64,000 nucleotides of DNA, from assembly GCA_963845755.1 (NCBI GenBank), contig CAWJTV010000033.1, positions 128,001-192,000 of the forward strand. The letters are read 5' to 3'. Source of the stretch: an uncultured Planctomycetota bacterium (GTDB taxonomy: Bacteria; Planctomycetota; Planctomycetia; Isosphaerales; Isosphaeraceae). This document shows positions 31,256-41,367 of the stretch, piece after piece (within the stretch, counting starts at the first letter, position 1; each line of letters begins with the position of its first letter). Under the pieces are notes generated by a model. It was not told the origin of the DNA. It saw nothing but the letters and a program-made list of their open reading frames with translations, and searched no databases. Made by a program: the position numbers and the translations under genes.

Positions 31256-32755
31256 TCAGGGTTGCCTGGGCGCCCGATCGCCCCCCCCGATGAGGCGGTT
31301 GCCGACCCGGCCGTCAACCGTCTGGACCTTCAGGGGAAGGCCCCGTTCGATATCGATGTTCCGGACCGCGGTCTCGAACTGATCCAGGGTCGCGATTGGC
31401 AGATTGCCCACGGCGAGAATCTGCATTCCGGGCCGGAGTCCTTCCTGAAATGCCGGACTCCCGTTGACGACCTGATCGATCTCGACGCCGGCGCCGTTGC
31501 CGTCGGGGTCGGCCGCACGCGGCCGGACGCGGAATCCCAGTCCGAGCACCTCCGGAGCCGCCGGCAGCTCATCGATCGTCAGCGTGCTGGTCTGGGACTT
31601 CCCTTCGCGGTAGAAGGTCACCTGCGCCTGCGTGCCGGCGGGCAGGCTGGCGGCCAGGTTCCTCAGACTGGCCCGGTCGGCCACGTCACGATCGGCGAGT
31701 TTGACGATCACGTCGCCCGGCTTGAGCCCCGCCCGTTCCGCGGGGCTTCCCGGCTGCACCCCGCCAATCAGGGCGCCCTGGTTCGTGGGCAGGCTGAGCT
31801 GCCGGGCCAGGCCCGAATTGAGCGGGGCGAGCCGCACTCCCAGGTAACCTCGGGAGACCTTGCCATCCTTGATCAGGCCCTCCACCACCCGCCGCGCCAG
31901 CGCCGAGGGGATCGCCAGGCCGATCCCCTCATAGAAGCCGGTCTTCGACATGATCGCCGTGTTGATCCCCACGACTTTCCCGGAGAGGTCGATCAAGGGC
32001 CCGCCCGAATTCCCCGGGTTGATGGCGGTATCGGTCTGGATAAACGACTCGTAGTCGTTGATCCCGACGTCGTTCCGCTCCGTCGCCGAAACAATGCCGG
32101 CGGTCACCGAATGATCGAGGCCCAGTGGGCTGCCGATGGCCAGCACCCAGTCGCCGCTATCGAGCTTGTCCGAATCGCCCCATTCCGCTTGCACCTTCAG
32201 GTCGGCGCTGACCTGAAGGACGGCCAGGTCGGACTTGGAATCGGCGCCGACCAGGCGCGCCGGCACATCGTTGCCCATGCCCAGCCGGACGACGATGTGG
32301 TCGGCGTCCTTGACCACATGGTTGTTGGTGACGATGTAGCCCTTCGCCTTGTCGATGATGACCCCCGACCCGAGCTCCGCACTGCGAAACGCCGGCCCGA
32401 ACCGATCTCCGCCCAGTGGTAGGCCGCGGAACCCTTCACCGCCGCGGCTCTCCTTGAACGATTGAACGTTCACGACCGCGGGCGACACGGCCGTCTTCGC
32501 CATGCGAAACAATTTCGATGCTCCCGAGACAATCCCCTGTTCCTCCAGCTTCGACAGAGCTTCCGACGCGGCACGCGACCGGCCTGCTTCCCAGGCATAG
32601 CCGGTCCGTTCGGCCATGTAAGGAACGCCGTAGCGGATGAGTGCGGCCACGCAGAGTACGAACAGTACGAGCAGAAAGCCCCGACGCACCGGCGGCGTCG
32701 TCGGACGGGGCGGTGGTTCGTCGAAGCCGTATTCCTGGGGGTCGAAAGAAGCCAT
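31256..32755 (-). CDS. HtrA/DegP-family serine protease with two PDZ domains
   Basis: TNNHVV, DLAVL and QTDTAINPGNSGGPL; N-terminal TM; PDZ motifs. Confidence 0.95.
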   Translation of the reverse strand: MASFDPQEYGFDEPPPRPTTPPVRRGFLLVLFVLCVAALIRYGVPYMAERTGYAWEAGRSRAASEALSKLEEQGIVSGASKLFRMAKTAVSPAVVNVQSFKESRGGEGFRGLPLGGDRFGPAFRSAELGSGVIIDKAKGYIVTNNHVVKDADHIVVRLGMGNDVPARLVGADSKSDLAVLQVSADLKVQAEWGDSDKLDSGDWVLAIGSPLGLDHSVTAGIVSATERNDVGINDYESFIQTDTAINPGNSGGPLIDLSGKVVGINTAIMSKTGFYEGIGLAIPSALARRVVEGLIKDGKVSRGYLGVRLAPLNSGLARQLSLPTNQGALIGGVQPGSPAERAGLKPGDVIVKLADRDVADRASLRNLAASLPAGTQAQVTFYREGKSQTSTLTIDELPAAPEVLGLGFRVRPRAADPDGNGAGVEIDQVVNGSPAFQEGLRPGMQILAVGNLPIATLDQFETAVRNIDIERGLPLKVQTVDGRVGNRLIGGGDRAPRQP

Positions 32756-32905
32756 CGCTTACCCATTCCCTCCGCGCTCGGCTGCTGAGCCAGCCAGAAC
32801 CAGTGTGCCGCCCTCCTCCTTGGCGAAAAACGGGTCGGTCCGTGAGTGCAGGAACATTGTGGGCAACGTGGGAGGGGAAATCAACGGGGACAATAGGCGG
32901 TAGAG

Positions 32906-33242
32906 AGTAGGCAGTAGGCGGTGGAATGCGGAAAAAGGGACACTTTTCGCCGAACACCACTCGGTTCATGAACCGACGAGCGGGATTCCGCGGCAAGCCT
33001 TACGCCAAAGGCGTTAAGAGCAAAGCCGTTGGCGTAGAGAACTCTGTCGAACCGAGGTGGTGATGAGCGAGGAGTGTCGAAAAAGGGGCGACGGAATCGA
33101 AAAAGAGATCTGGCGTCCTGGAGTCGCTCGACAGGACAATGAAACGGGAGCGTCGGACATTGAGATGACCGATGCCACCCCGGAAAGGCGATCGGACGTC
33201 GATCAATGTCTACTTCCTCCTTTCTACCGCCTACTGCCTACT
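32906..33242. repeat. Nested inverted-repeat element between the divergent htrA and asnB genes
   Basis: Perfect 17-bp IR at 32906-32922/33226-33242; internal stems at 32939-32967/33049-33078 and 33001-33012/33025-33036. Confidence 0.7.
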
Positions 33243-33248
33243 GAGCCA

Positions 33249-35123
33249 ATGTGCGGCATCGCCGGATTCATTCGAAACGACGGGCAGTCGGCCGACCGCG
33301 AGATCGTGGAGCGGATGACGGCCACGGTCGCGCATCGTGGGCCTGATGGCGAGGGGTTTCTCTGCGACGGGCCGGTCGCGCTGGGGCATCGCCGGCTCTC
33401 GATCATCGACGTCGCGGGCGGTTCCCAACCGCTGTCGAACGAGGACGGCACGATCTGGGTCAGCTACAATGGCGAGCTTTACAACGAGCTGGAACTGAGA
33501 CGCGACCTCGAGAGGAAGGGGCATCGGTACCGGACGTCGTCGGACACGGAGAGCCTGGTCCATCTCTACGAGGAACACGGGGTGGATTTCGTCCGGCGGC
33601 TCAACGGGATGTTCGCGCTGGCGCTCTGGGATCGCACCCGGGCCCGATTGGTCCTGGCGCGGGATCGGATGGGTCAGAAGCCGCTGTTCTACGGGATGTT
33701 GCCCGGCGGTGGACTGGCCTTCGGTTCGGAGCCGAAGGCGGTCCTGGCACACCCACAGGTCGGCCGCGCGCTCGATACCGGGGGCTTGACCCGCTACCTG
33801 TTCTACGAATACGTGCCCGCGCCTCATTCCATCTGGCAGTCGTTACGCAAGTTGCCCCGGGCTCATGTGCTGGTCTGGGAAGCGGGATCGATCTCGGTCC
33901 GAAGCTACTGGGAGTCCGCGGTCGTCCCGCCCGTCAACACCGGTTTTCGCGCGACGGCCGAATCGTTCTGGGACGCGTTCCGGTCGTCGGTGGCCCGTCA
34001 TCGGCGCTCGGACGTGCCACTGGGCGTCTTCCTGTCGGGCGGGGTCGACTCGTCGAGCGTGGCCGCCGCGCTCTGTGAAGTCGAGCCGGCGCGAAACGTC
34101 CGGACCTTTTCGATCGGCTTCGAGGACCCCAGCTTTGACGAGAGCGCCCATGCACGAGCGGTGGCTCGACACCTCGGCACCGACCACCACGAACGGACGT
34201 TCTCGATCAAGACGGCCTACGAGCTGTTGCCCGAGGCTGCGGCGTGGCTCGACGAGCCGTTCGGCGACGCCTCGATCCTACCGACCCATCTCCTGAGCCG
34301 GTTCGCGAGAGAAGAGGTGAAAGTCGTCCTGGGCGGGGATGGCGCCGACGAGTTGCTGGCCGGCTATCCCACGTTCGCGGCCGAGCGAGCGGCCGGGGTC
34401 TTCCGCCGTCTCCCCCGGCCGGCGCAGGCGCTGGCGGGCGCGGCCGTCGGACGGCTGCCGGTCGACCACCGCAACTTCAGCCTCGACTTCAAGTTCAAGC
34501 AGTTCCTCCGCGGTGCGGCCGAACCGCTCCCACTCGCCCACCAGCGCTGGCTGGGATCATTTTCCGGGGCCGAGATTTCGCAACTGCTGGTCGATGGCGA
34601 TCGGATCGGCATCGAGGCCGAACACCTCCGTCGCGATGAGTCCATCAACGGAGGTCGCGACGCCCTGTCGCGGTCGCTGGCGCTCTACCAGGACACCTAC
34701 CTCCCGGAGGACATCCTCACCAAGGTCGACCGGGCCAGCATGGCTTGCAGCCTGGAAGTCCGCGCTCCGTTCCTGGACACCGAACTGGTCGACTTCATGC
34801 AGGCACTCCCCCCGTCCTTCAAGTATGGCCACAACCAGACCAAGCGAATCCTGAAGCGAGCGGCGGCCAGTCGTCTTCCGGCATCGATCCTCGCGCGTCC
34901 GAAGAAGGGCTTCGGCATCCCGGTGGCGCGGTGGCTCCGCGGACCCTTGGCTCCGTTGCTCGGTCGGCTGCTGGGTCGAGATCGCCTCGATCGTCAGGGG
35001 ATCTTCCGACCCGAGGAGGTCGCCCGCCGCATCGCCGAGCACCAGGCCGGCGTCCGCGACCATCGAAAGCCGCTCTGGACGTTACTGATGTTCCAGCTCT
35101 GGCACGAGAAGTGGTTGGGATGA
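33249..35123 (+). CDS. asnB: Asparagine synthase (glutamine-hydrolysing) family amidotransferase
   Basis: MCGIAG Ntn start, HRGPD, RLSIID, NGELYN, FLSGGVDSS, GDGADEL and KVDRASMACSLEVRAPFLD. Confidence 0.95.
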   Translation: MCGIAGFIRNDGQSADREIVERMTATVAHRGPDGEGFLCDGPVALGHRRLSIIDVAGGSQPLSNEDGTIWVSYNGELYNELELRRDLERKGHRYRTSSDTESLVHLYEEHGVDFVRRLNGMFALALWDRTRARLVLARDRMGQKPLFYGMLPGGGLAFGSEPKAVLAHPQVGRALDTGGLTRYLFYEYVPAPHSIWQSLRKLPRAHVLVWEAGSISVRSYWESAVVPPVNTGFRATAESFWDAFRSSVARHRRSDVPLGVFLSGGVDSSSVAAALCEVEPARNVRTFSIGFEDPSFDESAHARAVARHLGTDHHERTFSIKTAYELLPEAAAWLDEPFGDASILPTHLLSRFAREEVKVVLGGDGADELLAGYPTFAAERAAGVFRRLPRPAQALAGAAVGRLPVDHRNFSLDFKFKQFLRGAAEPLPLAHQRWLGSFSGAEISQLLVDGDRIGIEAEHLRRDESINGGRDALSRSLALYQDTYLPEDILTKVDRASMACSLEVRAPFLDTELVDFMQALPPSFKYGHNQTKRILKRAAASRLPASILARPKKGFGIPVARWLRGPLAPLLGRLLGRDRLDRQGIFRPEEVARRIAEHQAGVRDHRKPLWTLLMFQLWHEKWLG

Positions 35124-35201
35124 TCGGGAGTCGACGATGAGCGAAATCGCCTTCGACCTTCGGCGACGTACGCCGCGGGGTAGAGACTGATGGTCGTCGA
35201 C

Positions 35202-35227
35202 CGTTGACGCGATGTCAACGATATAAT
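35202..35227 (+). promoter_or_regulatory. Palindromic operator-like site next to a TATAAT box
   Basis: CGTTGAC-gcgat-GTCAACG (35202-35220), then TATAAT at 35222-35227. Confidence 0.5.
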
Positions 35228-35320
35228 TCGGAGTGAGCAGCGAGCGGTGCCCGTTGCATTCCCGGTTCGGAAGAGCGAAACTATTCGCCGCTCCCAAAGT
35301 CCCGCGAGCGAAAACCCACG

Positions 35321-36094
35321 ATGAGGATTCTGGTCGTCTCCGACATCCATGCGAACTGGGCCGCACTCGAGGCGATCGCCCAGCCGTTCGACGTCTGCCT
35401 GTGCCTGGGCGATCTGGTCGATTACGGGCCGGACCCGGCTCCGTGCGTCAGGTGGGCGATGGCACACGCGGATTATGCGATCCGGGGCAACCACGACCAC
35501 GGCGTGGCCCAGGGAATCCCGGTCACGGGCGAAACGGGATTCCGCTACTTGACGCGGGCGTCTCGACCGTCGATGTGGGAGGCGCTGGGTCCCGAGGAAC
35601 GGCGATTCCTCTTGCAGTTGCCGGTGACCCAGCGGTTCACGCTGGCGGGCAGGCGGTTCCTCCTGGTCCACGCCACCCCGCGCGACCCGCTCGACGAGTA
35701 CCTGCTCAAGGATCCGAGCGTCTGGGCCAAGCGCCTGCAGAACGTCGATGCCGACATCGTGTGCGTGGGCCATACCCACATGCAGTTCAAACTGGAAGTC
35801 AACAATGTGTTAGTGCTCAATCCGGGGAGTGTGGGACTGCCCCGCGACGGCGATCCTCGCGCCGCCTACGCCGTCATCGAGGATCACCGGATCGAGCTGA
35901 GGCGGGTCGACTATCCGATCGAGGAAACCGTCGCCCGGGTCGAGGCGATGCCCTGGCCGCGCCGGGCCAAGGACATCACGTCCTACGTGCTGCGTCTCGG
36001 CCGCCTGCCCATGGAGATGGGGCCCGACGGTTCGGGAACGGCCATCATCGACGACGACCCGGATGCCGACTCCGATGATGGCGAGATGGAATGA
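35321..36094 (+). CDS. Metallophosphoesterase (YfcE-like)
   Basis: SDIHAN, LGDLVDYG, RGNHD, GHTH and NPGSVG. Confidence 0.93.
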   Translation: MRILVVSDIHANWAALEAIAQPFDVCLCLGDLVDYGPDPAPCVRWAMAHADYAIRGNHDHGVAQGIPVTGETGFRYLTRASRPSMWEALGPEERRFLLQLPVTQRFTLAGRRFLLVHATPRDPLDEYLLKDPSVWAKRLQNVDADIVCVGHTHMQFKLEVNNVLVLNPGSVGLPRDGDPRAAYAVIEDHRIELRRVDYPIEETVARVEAMPWPRRAKDITSYVLRLGRLPMEMGPDGSGTAIIDDDPDADSDDGEME

Positions 36095-36178
36095 GGATCG
36101 GAGTGCCGGTACGGCCCATGACCGAACTCATCGTCCCCGCCCCTTCGCGCAGTCTGGCCGGAATCACACCCGTCGCAT

Positions 36179-37447
36179 TCAAAGCCCCCCATCGAGCCAC
36201 CCACGAATCGTCGGCAGGTATTTCTCGGCTGAAGCCGTGTTGACCAGGACGACCCGGTCGTTAGGACGGATCATGCCGCGGTCGGCCAGCTCCGGGAGTG
36301 CGGCGAGCGTCGCGGCCCCCTCCGGCGACCAGGCGAAGCGTCGCTCGCGCCATTCGTCGCGAATCACGGAACCGATGTCCTCGTCGGAGACCGTAACGGC
36401 ACAGCCGCCCGATTCGCGGATGATCCGCAGGACATTGATGTGACCGATGTTCTGGGCCACGTTCAGGCCCGTGGCGACCGTCCGGCCCGGGGGTAGGGGC
36501 TCGATGTCGGCGGCCCGGGCCGCGAAGGCGCGTACGATCGGCGTGCTGGCGGCGCTCTGGACACAGACCATCCGGGGCCGATCGGGACCGACCAGGCCCA
36601 GTGCCTCCAGCTCGTCGAATGCCTTGGCCATGCCGACGACGCCGGTCCCGCCGCCGGTCGGGTAGACGATCACATCGGGGAGCTGCCAACGGCGCTCGAC
36701 CAGCCGATCGCCGGCCGGCTCGGCCATCTCCAGTCCCAGCGTCTTCTTCCCCTCGGTGCGCCAGCCCGGCTCCTGGAAGGTCGCGACGCTGAAAAACCCC
36801 TTCGGGATGTACTCCGTGCGGACCCGCTTCCCACAATCGATGATCGTCCCCGCGACGAGTTCCAGCTTGACGCGCTCCGGGTGGAGCAAGGCCAGGGCGG
36901 CGACCTTCCCCAGCACGGGCAGGTCGGTATCGGGCGACATCACCACGGCGGCCTCGATGTCCGCAGCGACGGCGTATTCGGCCAGCGAATCCCCGGCATT
37001 CCCCTGTGTCGGCACCGCCAGTCGGCTCAGTCCCAGGGCTCGGGCCATGGAGACCGTCATCGCCATGCCCCGATCCTTGAACGACAAGGTGGGATTCCCC
37101 CCGAAGCCCGCGTGGTGTTTCCCTTCATCCTTGACTTCCAGACGGCATCCCAGCCGATCGGCCAGCGGGTGAGAATAGGCCAGACTCGGCGTACAACCCT
37201 CCCCCAGGCTGATGATGTGCTTTCGATCCTCGGGATCATCCACATCCAGCGGCAACAAGCCGCCAAAACGCCAGAGATCCCGACGATCGGGCGACCACCA
37301 GCCGTCCTGTCCGCGTTCCGCCTTCAACCGTTCCACATCCAGGACCATCTGGAGCGGGCGGCCATCGCGCTCGCACAGATTCATGACCCGTTCCGCCGGG
37401 TACTCCGCCCCGCAAACCGAACACGCAAGATGAGAGACGTAACGCAT
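36179..37447 (-). CDS. Threonine synthase-like PLP-dependent enzyme
   Basis: N-terminal CxxC, SLGEGCTP, NPTLSFKDRG (PLP Lys), GNAG, YPTGGGTG and PEGAA. Confidence 0.88.
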   Translation of the reverse strand: MRYVSHLACSVCGAEYPAERVMNLCERDGRPLQMVLDVERLKAERGQDGWWSPDRRDLWRFGGLLPLDVDDPEDRKHIISLGEGCTPSLAYSHPLADRLGCRLEVKDEGKHHAGFGGNPTLSFKDRGMAMTVSMARALGLSRLAVPTQGNAGDSLAEYAVAADIEAAVVMSPDTDLPVLGKVAALALLHPERVKLELVAGTIIDCGKRVRTEYIPKGFFSVATFQEPGWRTEGKKTLGLEMAEPAGDRLVERRWQLPDVIVYPTGGGTGVVGMAKAFDELEALGLVGPDRPRMVCVQSAASTPIVRAFAARAADIEPLPPGRTVATGLNVAQNIGHINVLRIIRESGGCAVTVSDEDIGSVIRDEWRERRFAWSPEGAATLAALPELADRGMIRPNDRVVLVNTASAEKYLPTIRGWLDGGL

Positions 37448-37744
37448 ATCAGGTCATCCCAAGAGAAGAGAATCGTCCGTCAAGTCCGGCAACGAACGCC
37501 CTGCCTTTCATCCGAAATCGTCCCTGAGAACGAATCATCTCTCCTGATGACTCCTCGATCAGGAGGCAGGGGTCGATGTCGAGCCCCGGCGGTCCGTCGA
37601 GGGACAGACGCGGAGTTCCTCCGCGTCTCACTTCTCGCCTTCGGGCGCGGGTTCTGGCCGACGATCGCCATCAGGTGACCGCGAGGGAGGGTTGCCACCC
37701 CGGCTTTTCGTCCGGCACGACCACGAATCGGGGAACTCGCGTCG

Positions 37745-38983
37745 TCAGGCCGGCATGTGGAGGTCGGTCGTTGGTCCGACCGAGACGATCGTCATCGGCC
37801 AGAGGGGCCATTCCGACAGGACCCGGCGCACGTCGTCCAGGGTCACGCGGCTGAAGGCCTCGAGATCCCGTTCCACCGAGATATACTCTCGGTACGAAAC
37901 CCAGTGATAACCCAGTGGGACCAGCCGGCCCATGGGACGCTCGCTGCGGAGGACCGAGCGGGCGAGCACCTTGTTCTTGGCCTGGTTCAGCTCGTTCTCG
38001 GTGGGGCCTTCGCGCATCAGGGTCGCGTAGACCGTTTCGATCCGGCCGAGGTTCGCCTGCGTGGAGTCGGGCTCGCAGCTCAGGAACGTGAAGAAGGCGC
38101 CGGCCTGCTCATAATTCTGATAGGACAACTCGGCGCCATCGGCGAGCCCGGGATCGATCAAGGTGAAGTAAAGCCGGGAGCCGGTGTGGTCGCCGAGGAT
38201 CGTGGCCAGGAGGTAGGCCGTATAGCGGTCTGCACTTTCCAAAGGTGGGCCGTCGCTGACGCCGACAATCGTCTGTTGCAGATCGTCGGCGCGGAGAATC
38301 GTCTGGAACGCGCCAGTCCCGCGTGGCGTCGTCGCTTGCCGGCTGGCTGGTCCACCTTCCCATCCCCCGCAATGCGTCTGAGCCAGCTTCACCAGGGGGT
38401 CCCACTCCGCCTTGCCGGCGAACGCCAGCACGATATTGGCCGGACTGTATCGCGTCGCGAAATACTGGCGCATCTGGCCGGCCGTCATCGCCGTGATCGA
38501 CTCGACGGTCCCGAGGATACTATTGCCCAGCGAGTGGCCGCTGAAGTGCGCCGTCTTGGCCGCTTCGTATGCCACCGAGAGCGGGTTGTCCAGGTACATC
38601 CGGATCTCTTCGATGATCACCTGCTTCTCGGTCTCGAAGTCGTCGTCGCGGAGCGTCGGACGAAGGATATCGGAGAGAACATCGAAGGATGCAGGCAGGT
38701 ATTCCGGCAGGCACGTGACGTGATAGAACGTATCTTCTTCGGAGGTCTGGGCGTTATGCTGGGCGCCGACGCGATCGAAATCGCGATTGACCGCCAGGGC
38801 ATCGCGGCGCGGCGTCCCCTTGAATGTCATGTGTTCGAGGAAGTGCGAGACCCCCGCCAGCTCACTGGACTCATCGCGACTGCCCGTCTTGACGAAGAAT
38901 CCCGCGGCAACCGAGTGCGCCCGTTCGTTCAATTCGGCGATCACCTGAAGGCCGTTACTCAAGGTCGTTTGATGGAATTGCAT
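37745..38983 (-). CDS. M16 (pitrilysin) peptidase, catalytic subunit
   Basis: GVSHFLEHMTFKGT inverted zinc motif, NAQTS and EKQVIIEE. Confidence 0.93.
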   Translation of the reverse strand: MQFHQTTLSNGLQVIAELNERAHSVAAGFFVKTGSRDESSELAGVSHFLEHMTFKGTPRRDALAVNRDFDRVGAQHNAQTSEEDTFYHVTCLPEYLPASFDVLSDILRPTLRDDDFETEKQVIIEEIRMYLDNPLSVAYEAAKTAHFSGHSLGNSILGTVESITAMTAGQMRQYFATRYSPANIVLAFAGKAEWDPLVKLAQTHCGGWEGGPASRQATTPRGTGAFQTILRADDLQQTIVGVSDGPPLESADRYTAYLLATILGDHTGSRLYFTLIDPGLADGAELSYQNYEQAGAFFTFLSCEPDSTQANLGRIETVYATLMREGPTENELNQAKNKVLARSVLRSERPMGRLVPLGYHWVSYREYISVERDLEAFSRVTLDDVRRVLSEWPLWPMTIVSVGPTTDLHMPA

Positions 38984-39098
38984 GAGGCTTGCTCCGGGTG
39001 ACTCGGTGTTCCGCGGTTCGTTAACCCCGAGGCTCGAACCAGGACGGCGACCGGCTCCGCGTCTTCGAGGTGCCGGTCGCCGTCCTGGTTCGAGCCTC

Positions 39099-40365
39099 TT
39101 ATTCCGGGAGTTGCAATGCGCTGGATCCGAGGGTAAGGATCGTCATGTCGCTGGGCTTTCCCAACCCGGCGGCGTAGGCCGAGACTCCTTCGGGAGTCAG
39201 GGCATCGAGGGCGGCCGAGATCTCGGCGATCGAGCGGACCCTGCCCAGGAAAAACCAGTCGGAGGCCAGGGCGGCCGAGCGGCGCATGCTGGACTCTTGC
39301 GCCATGATCAGGGAGCTCTTGAGCCCCGCGCGCATGGTCTCGAGTTCCTCCGGGGCGACGCCGTCGCGGGCGAGCCGCTCCAGCTCGGCGAGCATGACAT
39401 CGAGGGTTTGCTGGGCCCGGTCGGGGGACGTACCGGCGTGGCAGAGGACGGCGGCGCGATCGTGCTGACCTTCATAACTGGAGTACACCGAGTAGCAGAG
39501 CCCGCGCTTCTCGCGGACTTCGGTGAACAACCGGGACGAGGAATAGCCGCCCAGGATCGCCTCCGCGGCGCGGGCGGAGTAATAGTCGGGGCTATCGACG
39601 GTCGCCGCCGGATGGGCCAGGGCGATCTGGATCTGCTGGGTCTCCCGGAACAGGTGGTCGCGGCGCGGACCGGTCGGTCGAGGGTGGATCCGGGGCTCGG
39701 AGCGTGACTTCCAGTCGCCGAAGAGCCGGCCCACTCCGTCGCGGAGTCGGGGCCAGTCGATCGCGCCGGCCACTCCGAGGATCGCGCCGTTGGGCCGATA
39801 GGTCGCCTCGTGGAACCTTCGGATCTCGTCCGGCGTCAGGGACGCGACGCCCTCCGGACTCCCCGGCGCGGGGCGGCCCAGCGGGTCCGGGAAATGTCGG
39901 CGCCGGAGCTCATGGATGACCTTCGAAACTGGGATCGTCCTCGAGACTTCGCAGGCCCTGGAGACAAAGCGCGCGGATCGGTTCCACCAGGCCGTCATCG
40001 AGGTGGGGGTCGAGCACGATGTCGGCGAAGATTTCCAGGGCCGGTTCCAGGTTGCGGCCGAGCGTGGCCGCCGCCAGCGACGTGTGGAACGTCTGGGCAC
40101 CCTCGGCATGGCTGACCCCCAGGTTATCCAGCGCCGTCAGGAGCTCGCGACTATCGCGATCGCCCGCGCCCCGCGTGATCCAGTCCGCGGCCATCGTGGC
40201 GGCACCGCCGCCCAGGTCCAGCCCCTCAGCCCCCTCATAGGCCACACCGGCCGGCAAGAGCAGCGTAAATGCCGCCGACTGAACTCCCGGCATCGTCTCG
40301 GCCAGGAGCACGAGCCCATTCGAATAGATGTGCTGCTCAATGGCGGATGAGTGTGCGTCGGACAC
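39099..40365 (-). CDS. M16 peptidase, non-catalytic partner subunit, frameshifted near 39920
   Basis: SNGLVLL start, no HxxEH, ILGGYSSSRLFTEVREKRGLCYSV; tandem with the catalytic subunit. Confidence 0.88.
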
Positions 40366-40570
40366 GAGAACCTCGAGCTAGGGAATTCGGCTGCGACTGA
40401 ATTTCGGTCGTGGAGAATCAACGGTATCGATTATGCGGGGGGCGCCGCAACCTCTTTCGCCCGCGGCAGTCCGCGGTCGGTAGCCAGTCGTGAGGTCCCT
40501 GGAACGCGCTTGCAGGCTCGCACGCTCCCCGATCCAACCGATGACTCATGACTAATAACGAATAATCATA

Positions 40571-41100
40571 TCAGTTATCGACCGCCTTGTAAAGCGTCTT
40601 CGCCCGCCGGAATCCGACTTCGCGATAGAGTTGGACGGCCGCCGCGTTCTCGGCGGTCACTTCCAGGTAAGCACGATGGAGGCCGGCCTGATAGAACCCG
40701 CCCAGCGCGCGGCGGACCAGGGCACGGCCGAGACCCCGGCCGCGGAACGAGGGAATCACGCCGACGTTCTGGATCGCGCCGATGGGGCCATGGTCCTTCA
40801 CTCCCTGAACGGTTCCCACGTACCCTTCCGGACCTGCGATCAGCCACGTGGCTCCCGGCAGGAAGCCCGGTTGCGCCGGATCTCGTTCATCAGCCGTCGG
40901 CAACCGTTGCGATCCCCCAAACTGGGGAAGACATAGGCGTCGATCTCACCGAGGAAACTCCGATACTTGACCTCGGCGTGCAGTTCGAGGAGGGCGTCTT
41001 CCCAGGGCACCCAGACGAACGAATCCGGCAGCACGGTGCCGGTGATCGCCCGGTCCAGGTCGATCTCCATGCGGAATCGTTTGTAATACGTGATGGCCAT
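40571..41100 (-). CDS. GNAT N-acetyltransferase, frameshifted near 40870
   Basis: MAITYYKRFRME joins NVGVIPSFRGRGLGRAL...LEVTAENAAAVQLYREVGF. Confidence 0.88.
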
Positions 41101-41166
41101 CGCCTGGTTTCGGCCCGCACGTGCCGCCGACTGACTCGCTGCGAGGGATCCCGCTCGTCGTAAGGG

Positions 41167-41196
41167 ATTATAAGGCGTTCTTCGAGAGACGGTCAA
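41167..41196 (-). promoter_or_regulatory. Sigma70-like promoter for the GNAT gene
   Basis: Minus strand TTGACC-N18-TATAAT. Confidence 0.45.
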
Positions 41197-41367
41197 TCAC
41201 TGCGTGGGGACGTCTCCGGACTCGTTCGATACGCGGCCGGAGAAGACGTCCTCTGACGAATTTCTTACACCGCGCACTCACGCGTGGCCTCATCGAGCTA
41301 CAATCGATTTGCTGGTGGACTGCTCCGTCCAACGGAACGGCGCGCACCGGGGAGGCAAGATATCGCC

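Noticed and set aside
37450..37740. Possible riboswitch upstream of the threonine synthase-like gene
   Set aside because: Hairpins are present (for example agacgcggag-ttc-ctccgcgtct), but no SAM, T-box or other known consensus is recognisable; the same motif occurs as a generic repeat near 24753.
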